DNA of 64,000 nucleotides from Hormiphora californensis (Eukaryota > Animalia > Ctenophora): contig CM035350.1 in assembly GCA_020137815.1 (NCBI GenBank), positions 8,556,001 to 8,620,000 of the forward strand, in the 5' to 3' direction. The position numbers and the translations under genes are program-made. Shown piece after piece: positions 1 through 11,449 of this stretch. Every line of letters begins with the position of its first letter. Positions within the stretch are counted from its first letter, which is position 1. The notes below the pieces were generated by a model that worked only from the letters and a program-made list of their open reading frames with translations, searched no databases and was not told the DNA's origin.

Positions 1-150
1 ATTACCCATGTAGGTAGTGTGTGTGGGGACAATGAGGCCAATTGCCCATGTAGGTAGTGTGTGGGGGGACAACGAGGCCAATTGCCCATGTAGGTAGTGT
101 GTAGGGGGACAACGAGGCCAATTGCCCATTTAGGTAGTATGTATGGGGGG
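1..150. repeat. ~40-bp minisatellite (about 4 copies, runs off the window start)
   Basis: Unit ATTGCCCATGTAGGTAGTGTGTGGGGGGACAACGAGGCCA repeated with small variations. Confidence 0.85.
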
Positions 151-1295
151 GCAGGGTCAATTGTGTTGTTACTAAATGTCACAGTAGTGCTGCAGTTAGC
201 TCCGCTGTTTTACCACGGTTTAAGACATACAGTTTGTCTCCTCGTTTCTGGATTGTGTTTGTAGTTTCACAACTTCGTAAATTCGTAATGAACTCTTTTT
301 GTAAATTCGTAATAAACTATTTTCCCCATTTTGACCAGGTGATACAGATGAGGGTGATAAAAAGCTGATGGAGTTCTGTGGTGGCATATGAGCCGGTTTA
401 TCAGAACAACAACATGGCATACAATACAGAGTACTTTTCTGTTCGGAGCAGGAGGGTAAATTATTTTCAAATATATTGCATTCTATCGCCTCATCCTAAT
501 ATCAATAATCCACTAACGTTCACTAACATACACTAACATCATCTCATTGGCTGTAGCAAGCCCTGGAGAGAGAGGTAAAGGCACAAAGTTGCCTGTATAA
601 TCCACCGGAGCAGCTGTTTCTGGATAAACCCGAGTGTGGAAATGCGATAGTGGAAGTGGAGAGGAGTGCGACTGTGGATCCGATGAGGATTGCCCCTTTC
701 TAGATCCCTGCTGTGAGGTAGGTGTGACGAGGATTGCCCCTTTCTTGATCCCTGCTGTGAGGTAGGTTTGTGAGATCTCATCCTTGATGTGGTGAGGAAA
801 CATTGAGCTGTTATTTGGTGTGAGGTAGGTTGTATTGTTTCAAACAATTTGTTTGAGCAGGCTTTGTGTTGAATACATGTCCTCTACTGCAAATAGTGAC
901 TGTTTAGGCTACTTTACTACTAGATAATAGAGTAGGGCTTGTTGGTATAATTGAATGACAAAAGGACCACGATGTATAAGGCTCGTCCCATTGTTCTCTT
1001 ATTTCTGTATCCCTCACAACACTGTATTGTGGAGAGGGGAGCGCGTATTCAGTATTGTGAGGGTCACTTCTGTACAGCTAGCTGCTAGACCCAATATGAG
1101 CTTGCCTGGCTAGACTGTGTTTCGGGAGGATTAGAACATAACAAATGTGAGCTAGTTGCTGCTTGAGTAATTGTGTTCGAAGGAGTCACAACTAACAACA
1201 GGCAGCCATCCCATTGTTGTAACCCATAGTAATCCATGGTAGCCAGTAGTAACCCATAGTAACCCATGACAGTAACCCATGGTAACCACACTCAG

Positions 1296-4200
1296 GTTGG
1301 AACCTGTAAACTAAAAGCAACCTCTAGTTGCTACACTGGCTCTTGCTGTGATGACAAGTGCCAATTGAAACCGAAAGGAACCATGTGTCGGCCCGAAGCA
1401 GAAGGTCTGGAATGCGACTTTCCAGAATCCTGTACCGGTATTGACCCTTATGTAAGTTGTTGGTCAAAGAGACAGAGACTGAGACCCTATATCCCCAAAT
1501 AATAGTTCATCCCTCTCTCCTATAGTGTCCCCGAGATACCTACAAACAAGATGGGCGGGAGTGTTCTGATACTAACGGCCACCAGGGATTCTGTTACCTT
1601 AGCGACTGCCAAACAAAGGACTCTCGGGCAAGGTTGGTGCCATTAAACCCTCTGAATCAATAAGTTGGCCAATCGGCTGTTTTTGAGTCGCATAAACTCT
1701 CTGATCAGTCAGTATACAGGCATTACTAGCTAGATGTAGAAGTTAGTATCCTGGTAGAGTGCTCGATCCGGGATGCGGAGAGCTTAACTATTGTGACAAG
1801 TGAAAACAAGTTTTTTTATACACATCAACAAATGTTCATCACGCGTAAATGCACCGGCTATTCAAAGAACAACGGAATGAAAATAAACGGTGGACAAGTG
1901 GGAAAAATTGTGAATATACTGGAACGTCACGCTCAACGCGAGACAGGAACCTTCAAACCATTTCCGAACCCAATAGCAACACCAACCTACGTGACAAATC
2001 CTCAAACCACACACCCACCTGTCTCCTGAAAAACAGTCCCAAGGGACCATACAGGACGCGCATGCAGTCTAATCGTCACGTCGGAGGAAAGATTCAATAA
2101 TGCAAGGATGTCTACCAAGAGTTGGTAAAAGTAGGATACAAAGCTGACATGAAGTTCACAAAAATTCAGCAAGGTGGAAACACCGGAAGAGAAAGGGCGA
2201 GAAAAATAATTTGGTTTCACCGCCGCCATTCTCCGAAAAATGTGGCTACGGATCTCGAAAACATTTTTTCGACCTACTGAGCTGCACTTTTCCTCCCCAA
2301 CACCCATTTCATTCACAACCGTCTCTTCACAAAAATACGTAACATTGTCCTCTCACTAACCATGATGAAACATGGACAGCATCGTCATGCTACCAACACA
2401 AGACGCTCCTGAAGAAGCAGAAGAGATTCTGAATGGAAGGGAAGTAATGCAAACTGCAGGGAAAGCCGAGTCATGCCCCGTAAATAAAAAAGGGTTGCCC
2501 TAACAACAGTATGGTATTGTCCGAGGGCTACGGTGTGTGAAGCAGGAAGGGGACAGGGGAAGCAAGTATCAAAAAGTTAAAGAGAAGAACGTCGTAATTG
2601 CCGATTACGTTTTTAAATACTCCAGACTGAACAAACACAAACTACATTCAGCACGACAGATACAAAATCTAGACAGAACTGTCCAAACTAGTCTGGAGAC
2701 TAAAGACATAGACTAAGACATGACATACCTGGTGCGATTATACCAAAGCTCGCACATATCAACCTGGTAATCAACCTGTAACTTGGTCTGTGGCGGAAAA
2801 GTACCACATCCTCTATGAATGACTGATAACCATAAGAGCGAACTGTTAAACAAGTGTCCTCACAAGAGGAAATATCCTAGCCGTTAAACCTCATAACGAC
2901 GGGGGAAAAAAAGAAGGAGCGAGTCCAACTTTATGAAGGAGCAGAGTACTGTTAACGAGTAACAAGTTTACATGTTTTTCCCCGCCCCCGGGTGAATGCC
3001 GAAGGCATTCACCCTATGCCTTTTGCAAAAAGGCATAGGTGTTTAGGAATTCTACAGTGTACATAATATTGAAGTGTCACGCTTTTTTTGTCCCGTGACG
3101 TACCCCGATTAGTTTGCGATGGACAACGGTGTTTGCTCCTTCATTCAAGTATTTCAATGCACGTTTTTCAGGAGATGTGAGCCGCCCAATGTGGCCACAA
3201 TTTAGTAACTCACTAAAAACCCAATGATTTGTTCTATACTGTGTGAGTGATTCATAAATGTCTGAGAATGTCTGGCCCCTCCGTCACATTAGATGGTTAT
3301 GAAAATAAAGTTTGGCGGGTAAACATAGCATTATGAAACATAATGCAGTTATTCTTGTTTCTTGTTAATCCTGACGATGGCATTCGCGTGAAACATTTGT
3401 TGATTGTGTAAAAAACTTGTTTTCACTTGTCACAATAATAATATACAGGCATACAATATTTCTACACTCCTTTTCTTATCAGTACCTGTTTGGTGATTTT
3501 GCGGAGGAAGGCCCGGCGGAGTGTTTTAAGAAAAACATGGATGGAAATTATGTAGGGAATTGTGGATATTTGGGGAAAGATACCTGAGTGCCAAACTGAT
3601 TATACAAGAAGTGTGACGATAAGTAAGAGAGTTGTTACTTTTGTTAAAATTGATGTAATAATTTACACGTGCCGTTACCCACACACTTTACTAAGCCTTT
3701 ACTACGTGTTTTAATCCCAGGAGCGCTTTCGCCAATTGTGGGACGTTGCAGTGCAAGATAGCAAATGATAAGAGAATTGATGCTAAGGATCACGTATCGA
3801 AACTTGTGACGAAAAGAATGATAGTCAAGTGATTGATGATAAACACATCTGTGTGTAAGTTATTGGTGATGCACGGTCTCTAGGCTTGGATCTATTCAAT
3901 TCGTATTACACTGAGACTGTGCGTACATTACATGATGTATACATGCAATGACGTCAGACGTACAAACCCTGATGACTCGGTTATCCCCGTATCTCACGTT
4001 GATATGACGTGTATCCAAGTTAATCAATATAATATAATGTGTGTTTCAGATCGATCAGATCGATTCCAGCTAAAGATGAAGAAAAGGGAGATGAGGTAGA
4101 TCAGTTTTTTGAAGATGCAGGTCAGACCTTGGATATACCTCCCTGTGTAATGAACCTGGGAGCCTTCTTACTGTCAAGAAGTGTGGGTCTTTCCCTCCCA

Positions 4201-7200
4201 ATTCACATACGATCAGCTATACTATAATATCGTCCCAAGATGTAGAATTATCAGTGCTTGTGACATCGCCATGTGTGATGCTACTGGGCAAGATGCCAAT
4301 GAATGAAGCCGCATTCCTGTTTATAATGAAGCTACATCTCCATGTTGTAGGTACCGGTGCACGTACAAGAACCCAACAGAGTGCCCCAAGATGAATGGAA
4401 CTGAGTGTGCAGGACACGGGCAGTGTAACAACCTCAATCAGTGTTTCTGTGATCGGGACTGGGGTGATGGGGTGTGTGCTCGTTATGATCCCATATCAGG
4501 TAATCAGTGGCAGATATGGACTTCTCATCACCCCAACCTTCCTTATCCCAATTACTCGACCCCACTCCCTAACCCCCTTCTACACATGCCCCCTGCCTTT
4601 TGCCTTTACCCAATTATCTATACTGTGGAGGCAATTGTTGTAACGTGATCCTGATGGCATAGATTAGTTGTAAAACACCCGATAGATCCTTCAATCGTAC
4701 CTGATTAGACTGAGAGCTCCTCTAATCGTGCAAGCTCTCATTTCTCGTTCATAGCTAATCGGTTGCCAGTCCTCGGATACGTGCTAGGGTGGTTCATCTT
4801 TAACGGTCTTGTTAACACGATTCTAGGAGGTCTCATGTCTCGTTTCAGTATACTAATCCCGTTCGGATCGGATGTCCGAGTTATCGTGATTGGGCCGTTC
4901 ATCTAACGGTGAAAGGTAGGTATAAAGGTCAAGGTCACAGAGCAACATCTAACATCATGTCTGCTTCATTACCCCTATCAGCTGCTCTTCGCAACGCTAC
5001 GGAGATCTACAACAGTGATTCTGACGGCTCTTTCCTTGATCTTCCTGCCACATCTTCTCCTGAAATCTTCTCCTCACCTCTTCTCCTCCCTGCACGCATC
5101 AGCGGCGGGGTGCTCAATAGGTAGAGGCAGGGACGCGAAACCCAGAGCTTGTCGGTGGCGAGCCCGGTCCTCGCCAGATATTTTCTAATTTTCCGCCCTA
5201 TTTAATCCTGAACAAGATCGCACACATTGATATCTCCTGAACCCTCTCCTTCTTCGTCTTCTTCTTCTTCGAGTGCGGTGTGAAACCCTAAAGAACTATC
5301 GCGACTTTCGTCATTGCGATTTGGTCCACACTGGTGTGAGTGCTCGTGAGTGAGACCTCTACACTTGTAATCTATATTCCAAGTAAAGGCAAAACTGTCA
5401 AAATCTGGGATAAACCGCAGTTTTGCTTTCGATATATTTATCGAAGGCAAAACTGCGGTTTACCCCAGGTGTTGACAGTTTTGCCTTGGGTCAGTTTTGC
5501 CTTTGATTCTAATTAGGTAATTTAGAGTGAAGGCAAAACTGACCCAAGGCATTATCGTACGTAATCAACCCTTCCCAACTCTCCCAACAGAGATATCATA
5601 CAATACGATAATAATAGTCCTGTGCGTGATGATCATACTTGTGGGCCTGATAGTCGGGGTAGTTGTGTTCGTGGTTAAACACAGGGTGGACATGAAGCGA
5701 CTAAACGAAATGGAGTCAAGGATGTGAGTATAATAGTTCATCAGGAGTCTTGCCAGATCACATCAGAACTCTGGAATCTTGCCAGAGCACAGAACTCTGA
5801 TTGAGAACACAGTACACACTCAGGAATGTGTCACTAGATGAGGCTTCCATTTTCCCACGTAACAAATGAATCCCCTACAAAGCTCTCTCTGTGTAACACA
5901 ATTTATTATTCCAGATCCCGAGGTATAAGAAGATTAAGTACTAGAGCCTTTAGTCGGCAATCATCGACCCGTTCCAACCGCTCAGAGGACTCCCAGTGAG
6001 TGAATGTGAAGATGCCTCGACCCAGAGTGAACAACAAATACTCCAAGTCAGTGTGGGGCAAGTAAAAATAAAATTGGTTTTTGTTTGTTGCGGGTTGGGG
6101 ACTGTTATACCTATAATTACTACTGTAGTTAGTACTGAGTTGTACCTATATATTGTGAGTCGTTACCCAGTGTATGTTAGTAGGGTGGCTCCCTACTCTA
6201 CCAGTGATCAACCAAGAGTGGTCAGAAAGGCCCCTCCCCGCCCCCCTCGAGCTACAATCTTAGAGAACCGATATAACGTGAGAGACAGTGGTAATGGTGT
6301 AGAGATAGTTCGGGAAGGTAACCCAAAAGCCGCCTGTGTGAGATTTGCGTGTTACTACTTCATGTGTCATGGGATTTATTGTTTCTAGAGCACACACGGG
6401 GTGTTTAATGTTTATTCAGCAAATATTTCTGTGTTTCTAAACTTTTTTGGGGGATTTCTGTGTTTTCTAAACTTTTTTGGGGGATTTCTGTGTTTCTAAA
6501 CCTTGTTGGGAGGTTTTTGTAACACCTTCCAAGGGGTAACACCTCTCAACAATATGTTACTCTGTCGTGACAGACCCATGTGACTCTTACATCTGTGTCG
6601 TGACATGTCTCTTACATTCCTCTGTGTCTCTCGTTTATGCGGCATATCTTATCATATATTATCGTTGGTGGGTCCCTTATATATTTAGTACTTCCGCCTG
6701 TCACGTCCTCCCCTAGACCATGTCTAATGTCATGTCCTCTCCATGTCTATCATATTACGAAACAACATACCACAGTTTTATATGACACAGTTCATCACCA
6801 AACTTACTCAAAGTAATTTTCACAAATAACCTCAATATTAAATTTTATATTTGTTTTACAATGTTAATCTTGGTATTCGGTGCATGGAGTGATAAACATT
6901 TTTCAATTTCCAATATACGTCTCCTCTTAGTACGGTGTATGTTTACCTTTCTACCGTGTCATTTGTCAAATTCCCTTCTCTATAGCAGCCTGGTAACGAA
7001 GTTTCCACGGAGACGCGATGGGTTATTATTTCGTGTCCCTAACTAACACCTATCTGCAGCCCCCTCAGAGTCAAGGATATCAAGCCAACCAGAGCCCCAC
7101 CAGCAGTACCCAACAAGCCAGCAGTGCCCAACAAGCCAGCAGTGCCCATGAAGAAACCAACTGTACCCACGAAACCAACCCAGAATATACCAATGTACGA

Positions 7201-10200
7201 TCCTGGAAATGTACCGTGTAGATTTTAGATCCTGCCACTGTGCTGTTTAGAATTTAGTTACAAATCAAGTTCCATACACATTCCATGTTGATTTACATGT
7301 CAGATTCTCCCTCAATCCCTTCAATTTGTGCTTTGTATTATATTGGGTTGTTCCACAATGATCGGGACTGTAGTGTAGCTAAAAAACTAGACACTTAGGG
7401 ATTCTGCCGACAGCATCGTGTTTTTGGGATATTTTTCTATTAGAACCTTCGTTAAGATCCTGTTGAGTTTTTATAGGACCAGGAAGTTTACTTTACAAAT
7501 TCTCACTTTTTTCAAACCGCTGCAAATAAAAAATTGGAATTTTTTTTTCAAGAAGCTCTGATGTCCCATAAAATCATAAATCAATCAAAAAACAGGTCTA
7601 ATGTTCGGATTGTCTGGGCTTAAACATAATCGATTATTCTTTTCATGAAGTTTGAAATTTGCTCGGCCGCAGAGTCATTTCCTCCTGTTGAACCTTAAAA
7701 TCCGAATTTTTCAAGAAACTATGGCCCTTGCCAGCCCATAGAGGTCCAAACCCAATCTGATAGCTAAAATTAGAGATTTGAACACGATTATCTTTGGGAT
7801 CCATCTTTAAACCTTGAAATGGTCATTTTTATACATTTTTGGGGTTTTAAAAAAATTGCTCCATCGCGCCACCGGTTTTAGCATTTTTTTTTGGCATTTG
7901 TGGGGAACTTTTGCCGATATTGAACAACTAATAAACCGATTTTTCCAACGACTTTCACACGAATGACTCGATTTAGGTCCCAGTCTACCCCTCCCGGCGT
8001 AAAAAAAATCAATTTCGGATTCGGTCCCTGATAAGGTACCGTAATTGGTCTATAATTGGGCGGGCACGGCGGGTATTTCGAGATATTGACAATTGGCCCT
8101 AAATCCGACACCAAACAGTGTAGCGACAACACTAATACTCAGTTTTTCCTTCTCAAATTAGTAATTGACCCTTAGTACCGTCCGTTTGATTCGGGTTGCA
8201 TATCGTGGTGTATAGCCCCAGTCCCAATCATTATGGAACAACCTAATATGTGTGTGTTACATTGAGTAGAATCGTGTTTACTTGTTACTGCAGATGTCCA
8301 AAAGTTTAAATAAAACCATTTTCCATCACTGTCACTTTGTCACCATCACCTTTAGGAACCGGCGATACCGGATATTTTTTTTCTCGATTCGATCTCGATC
8401 ATTTTTTGAACGACCAAAATTTTTCGATTCTATCCCGATTCGATCTTTGAGCAATCAAAAAATTTCGATTCGATCTCGATTCGATCTTTCGGCATTTTCA
8501 AAATATCGAGTCTATTCTCGATTCGTCGATCTTTTGGGGTAAGGGACATGAAGAAGAGAGGGATGAGTTAGAGGAAAGGAGCGGAGGAGAAAAGGGGAGG
8601 GTAACCGGGCTAAAAGCGAGGAGATTGTGGAATACAGGGAAGAGATCGAAATGATAGGAGTGTTAACCATTTTTCGATTCGATCTCGACTTTCCGATCTT
8701 TGAGCGATCAAATCCTCGATCGCTCTCGATTCGATATTTGAAGGGTTGAAAAACTTGCATATTCGATCTCGATTCTATCTTTTCGGTGTTCAAAATATTC
8801 TTCGATTCTCTATTCATCTCTGGCGAACAAACAATAGCGATTCGATCTCGATTCGATCTTTGTGTCCGAACAAAAAACTTTCGATTCGATCTCGTTCATC
8901 GATTTCTTTCTATTCGATCCCAGAATAGCGCACCCGGTTTCTAAGTCTCACTGGCTAGGAACCGACGATTCTTGATATTTTCTTCTCGATCCCGATTCGA
9001 TTTTTGGGCGACCGATCAAAATTTATCGATTCGATCTCGATTCCATCTTTGGGCGATTGGAAAATATCGATTCGATTTTTTGGGGTTCAAAAAATATCGA
9101 TTCGATTTCGATTCGATCTTTGGGTGATAAAAAACTTTCGATTCGATCTCGATTCGATCATTAAGCGTTCAAAAACTTTCGATTCGATCTCGATTCGATC
9201 TTTGGGCGATAAAAACTACTCGATTCGATCTCGATTCGATCTTTGAGGGTCCAAAAAATCTCGATTCGATCTCGATTCGATCTTTGGACGATCAAAAAAT
9301 CTCGATTCGATCTCGATTCGATCTCTGAGCTCAAAAAACTACTCGATTCGATTCGATTCGATTCGATCTCTCGATCTTTCGATTCGATTCGATATTATCG
9401 CCGGTTCCTAATCACCTTATAACTGCATTTAGCCACTACAGTCTCCATTTCTTCAGGCCGGTGATCAAGAGACCTCCACCGCCCCCACCTAAAGCTGGTT
9501 TTAGTCCCCCACGTCGACCTGTAACTACAGCCAATGATGATGCCCCTGTGTTTCTGAGAAATCTAAAGGATGGCTTGAAACCAACCCCCAGACAGGACAA
9601 CAGAACTTACAGTGATTCCATGAAACAGCCCCCTAAATTCAAACCTCTTACTAAAAACGGGGCAGCTGGCCAGGAAAAGCAGTCCAGCGAATCTAACCTT
9701 CCCAAGAAACTACTGACACCAAAAGGACTAGCAGGTATTGCTTCTATTACCGTGTTACTAGCAAGTGTTTTACTAAGTTGCCATGGTAACCCAACGTTGT
9801 TTCACAGGAAAGTCTCGTGAAGAAAGGAAACTGGAGATCTCTACCCCTCACTCAAGTACGGGTCATCTCCTAATAGGCCTAGACGGCAGACCCAAATCCA
9901 TTGCTACTGCACGTGACATAGAACAACCGTAAGTTTACTATCCCGCCTTCAATTTTCTGTTTTCGGTTTTCAGGTTTTTCGGGGCGCTCACCCCCCGTCG
10001 CGTCTAGGGGTTGGAACTCAGTGCAGGGTAGCAATCAGAGCATTGCTTCTTCAAGGTCAGAAAGCATTGGAATGATGACTGAACCCAAGATTCTCCCCGC
10101 CTATTTCCTATGATATCACTTTTTTACATTGTAATAATCAATGCGATCACTGAAGAGATCATTGAAATCAGAAATGATATCATTTTCAACAAATTGCAAA

Positions 10201-10356
10201 GGCCAAGCCCATAAAAGGGCATCGATTATTTCCACTCAAATAACAAACAAAGTAGGAACTAAATATCAACTCAAATAACCAATGTCTATCTATTTCAGAT
10301 CCGGTTTTAACAGTCCCGACTTCAGTTCAACCCGGGCCCTCTTTGATAAACGATGA
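1296..10356 (+). CDS. ADAM-family metalloprotease, 3' part (disintegrin, Cys-rich, EGF-like, TM, Pro-rich tail); multi-exon
   Basis: Exon 1296-1451 CKLKATSSCYTGSCCDDKCQLKPKGTMCRPEAEGLECDFPESCTG (disintegrin); ~1526-1631 CPRDTYKQDGRECSDTNGHQGFCYLSDCQ; ~3483-3850 GNCG..., NCGTLQC (with apparent indels); ~4352-4499 CAGHGQCNNLNQCFCDRDWGDGVC (EGF); ~5591-5722 TM; Pro-rich tail exons near 9458; probable last exon stop 10354-10356. Tail exon set is approximate. Confidence 0.85.
2975..3052. repeat. Double-hairpin interspersed repeat, copy 1
   Basis: GGGTGAATGC-CGAAG-GCATTCACCC followed by CTATGCCTTTTGCAAAAAGGCATAG; inverted copy at 49450-49526. Confidence 0.7.
3367..3405 (+). ncRNA. Minimal hammerhead ribozyme in the PLE terminal repeat
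   Basis: AATC-CTGACGA-TGGCATTCGCGT-GAAAC-ATTT-GTT-GATT: CUGANGA and GAAA boxes, stem I AATC/GATT, short stem III, GUU cleavage triplet. Confidence 0.6.
4690..5566. mobile_element. Remnant(s) of the non-autonomous DNA transposon family that brackets the Polinton
   Basis: Ends in GGCATTATCGTACGTAATC (5548-5566), identical to 49079-49097; GGCAAAACTG subterminal repeats; 4700-4740 resembles the reverse complement of 26915-26960. Left boundary uncertain. Confidence 0.55.
7343..8246. mobile_element. Tc1/mariner-type non-autonomous element
   Basis: Imperfect TIRs TTGGGTTGTTCCACAATGATCGGGACTG / CAGTCCCAATCATTATGGAACAACCTAA, flanked by TA. Confidence 0.75.
8353..9410. mobile_element. hAT-type MITE with dense TCGAT subterminal repeats
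   Basis: TIR TAGGAACCGGCGATA / TATCGCCGGTTCCTA; 8-bp TSD ATCACCTT (8345-8352, 9411-9418); second internal left-end copy near 8956. Confidence 0.9.
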
Positions 10357-11449
10357 ATGGACTGTGTATGATGAAATAGACACTAAATTCCTGTTAATGT
10401 TCGTTAAATAATGAAAGTTGTTGTTGTTATCTTCACACACAGACACTTTGAACCCCCTTTCTCTTATTTGATTTCTAATTTTCTTACTTATTTACATGTT
10501 TGGATAACTATTTGCCACAAAATCTGTGTCTTGTTTGGATATGGTCTAATTAGATCCGTCTAGGGAGAGGATGGAACAATCTTTAGTCCGGTCTCACACG
10601 AAATTCCGAGATACTCATGGGCGCTTTGTGCTCTGTTTGTTCAAATTACGAAGTCTACGTAGCGCGCGGAGACCAACTCGATGGGGGATGAGCGCGAAAT
10701 CGCAGCTCACATGGCTGATTCGGTACGCGCAAAACACACTCCGCGCTATCATTTGAAATTCCAAATATAACGCCGCGCATAACTGATCTCAAGCTCAGCT
10801 GAACTGGGGGTTTTCATTTTTTAAAAAAGCGGGTGGCAAAAAAAAAATAATAATAATAATATCGAACATTTTTATCCCGCTATCATGCGTTAAATATGAT
10901 AGTCCACTACTCGTATTACTCGAACTAATAGCTATAACTAAAAGAACACCGAGATTATCGTTAAGACTCTCACCGCGTCTATAGCGGCCATCTCAAAGCC
11001 AGAGTAAAGCCATAAATAATGCTTACTATGATTAAATTGATTAAAGATAAATAATTAGAGTAAAAAGATGATTAAATAATGAAATAAGTTGATTGGTATA
11101 AAATGAAGATGTAAATAAAAAGGGCTAAGTGAGGGACAATGTGCATGCTAACAGTTTGAACTAAATAAAAAGATAAAAAGGGGGATGGTGGGAAAATGCG
11201 GTAAAGATAAGAAGGAGATATAAAAATAAATAAGACGCCCGAAGGACGGGGTCATGAGTCAGGTTGAGATGATACAGTTAAAAAAATTAAAAGGATAGAA
11301 AATTGATTAAAAAATTATTAAATTGATTGATTGGTTGATTGATTGAGATTAAAATAGTATTATGATAATGTATAGTGTGGTGATTATGGATGATGCCTTG
11401 TCTTTGGGTCTTGCCTTTGGTCTTGTCTTTGGATTCAGTTTAGGATGCA

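Larger units (their letters stand above)
1789..3437 (+). mobile_element. Penelope-like retroelement remnant (RT C-terminus + GIY-YIG region, frameshifted) with inverted terminal duplication, in an ADAM intron
   Basis: Fragmentary frames give KIIWF-PPFS-NVAT (~2203) and ARTYQPGN, CNL, EKYHILYE, RxELLNKCPHKRKY (~2750-2875), typical of PLE C-termini. 1789-1850 is an inverted copy of 3381-3437. Confidence 0.75.

Noticed and set aside
8282-9246. Ser/Ile/Arg-rich ORFs
   Set aside because: By-products of TCGAT repeats in the hAT MITE.
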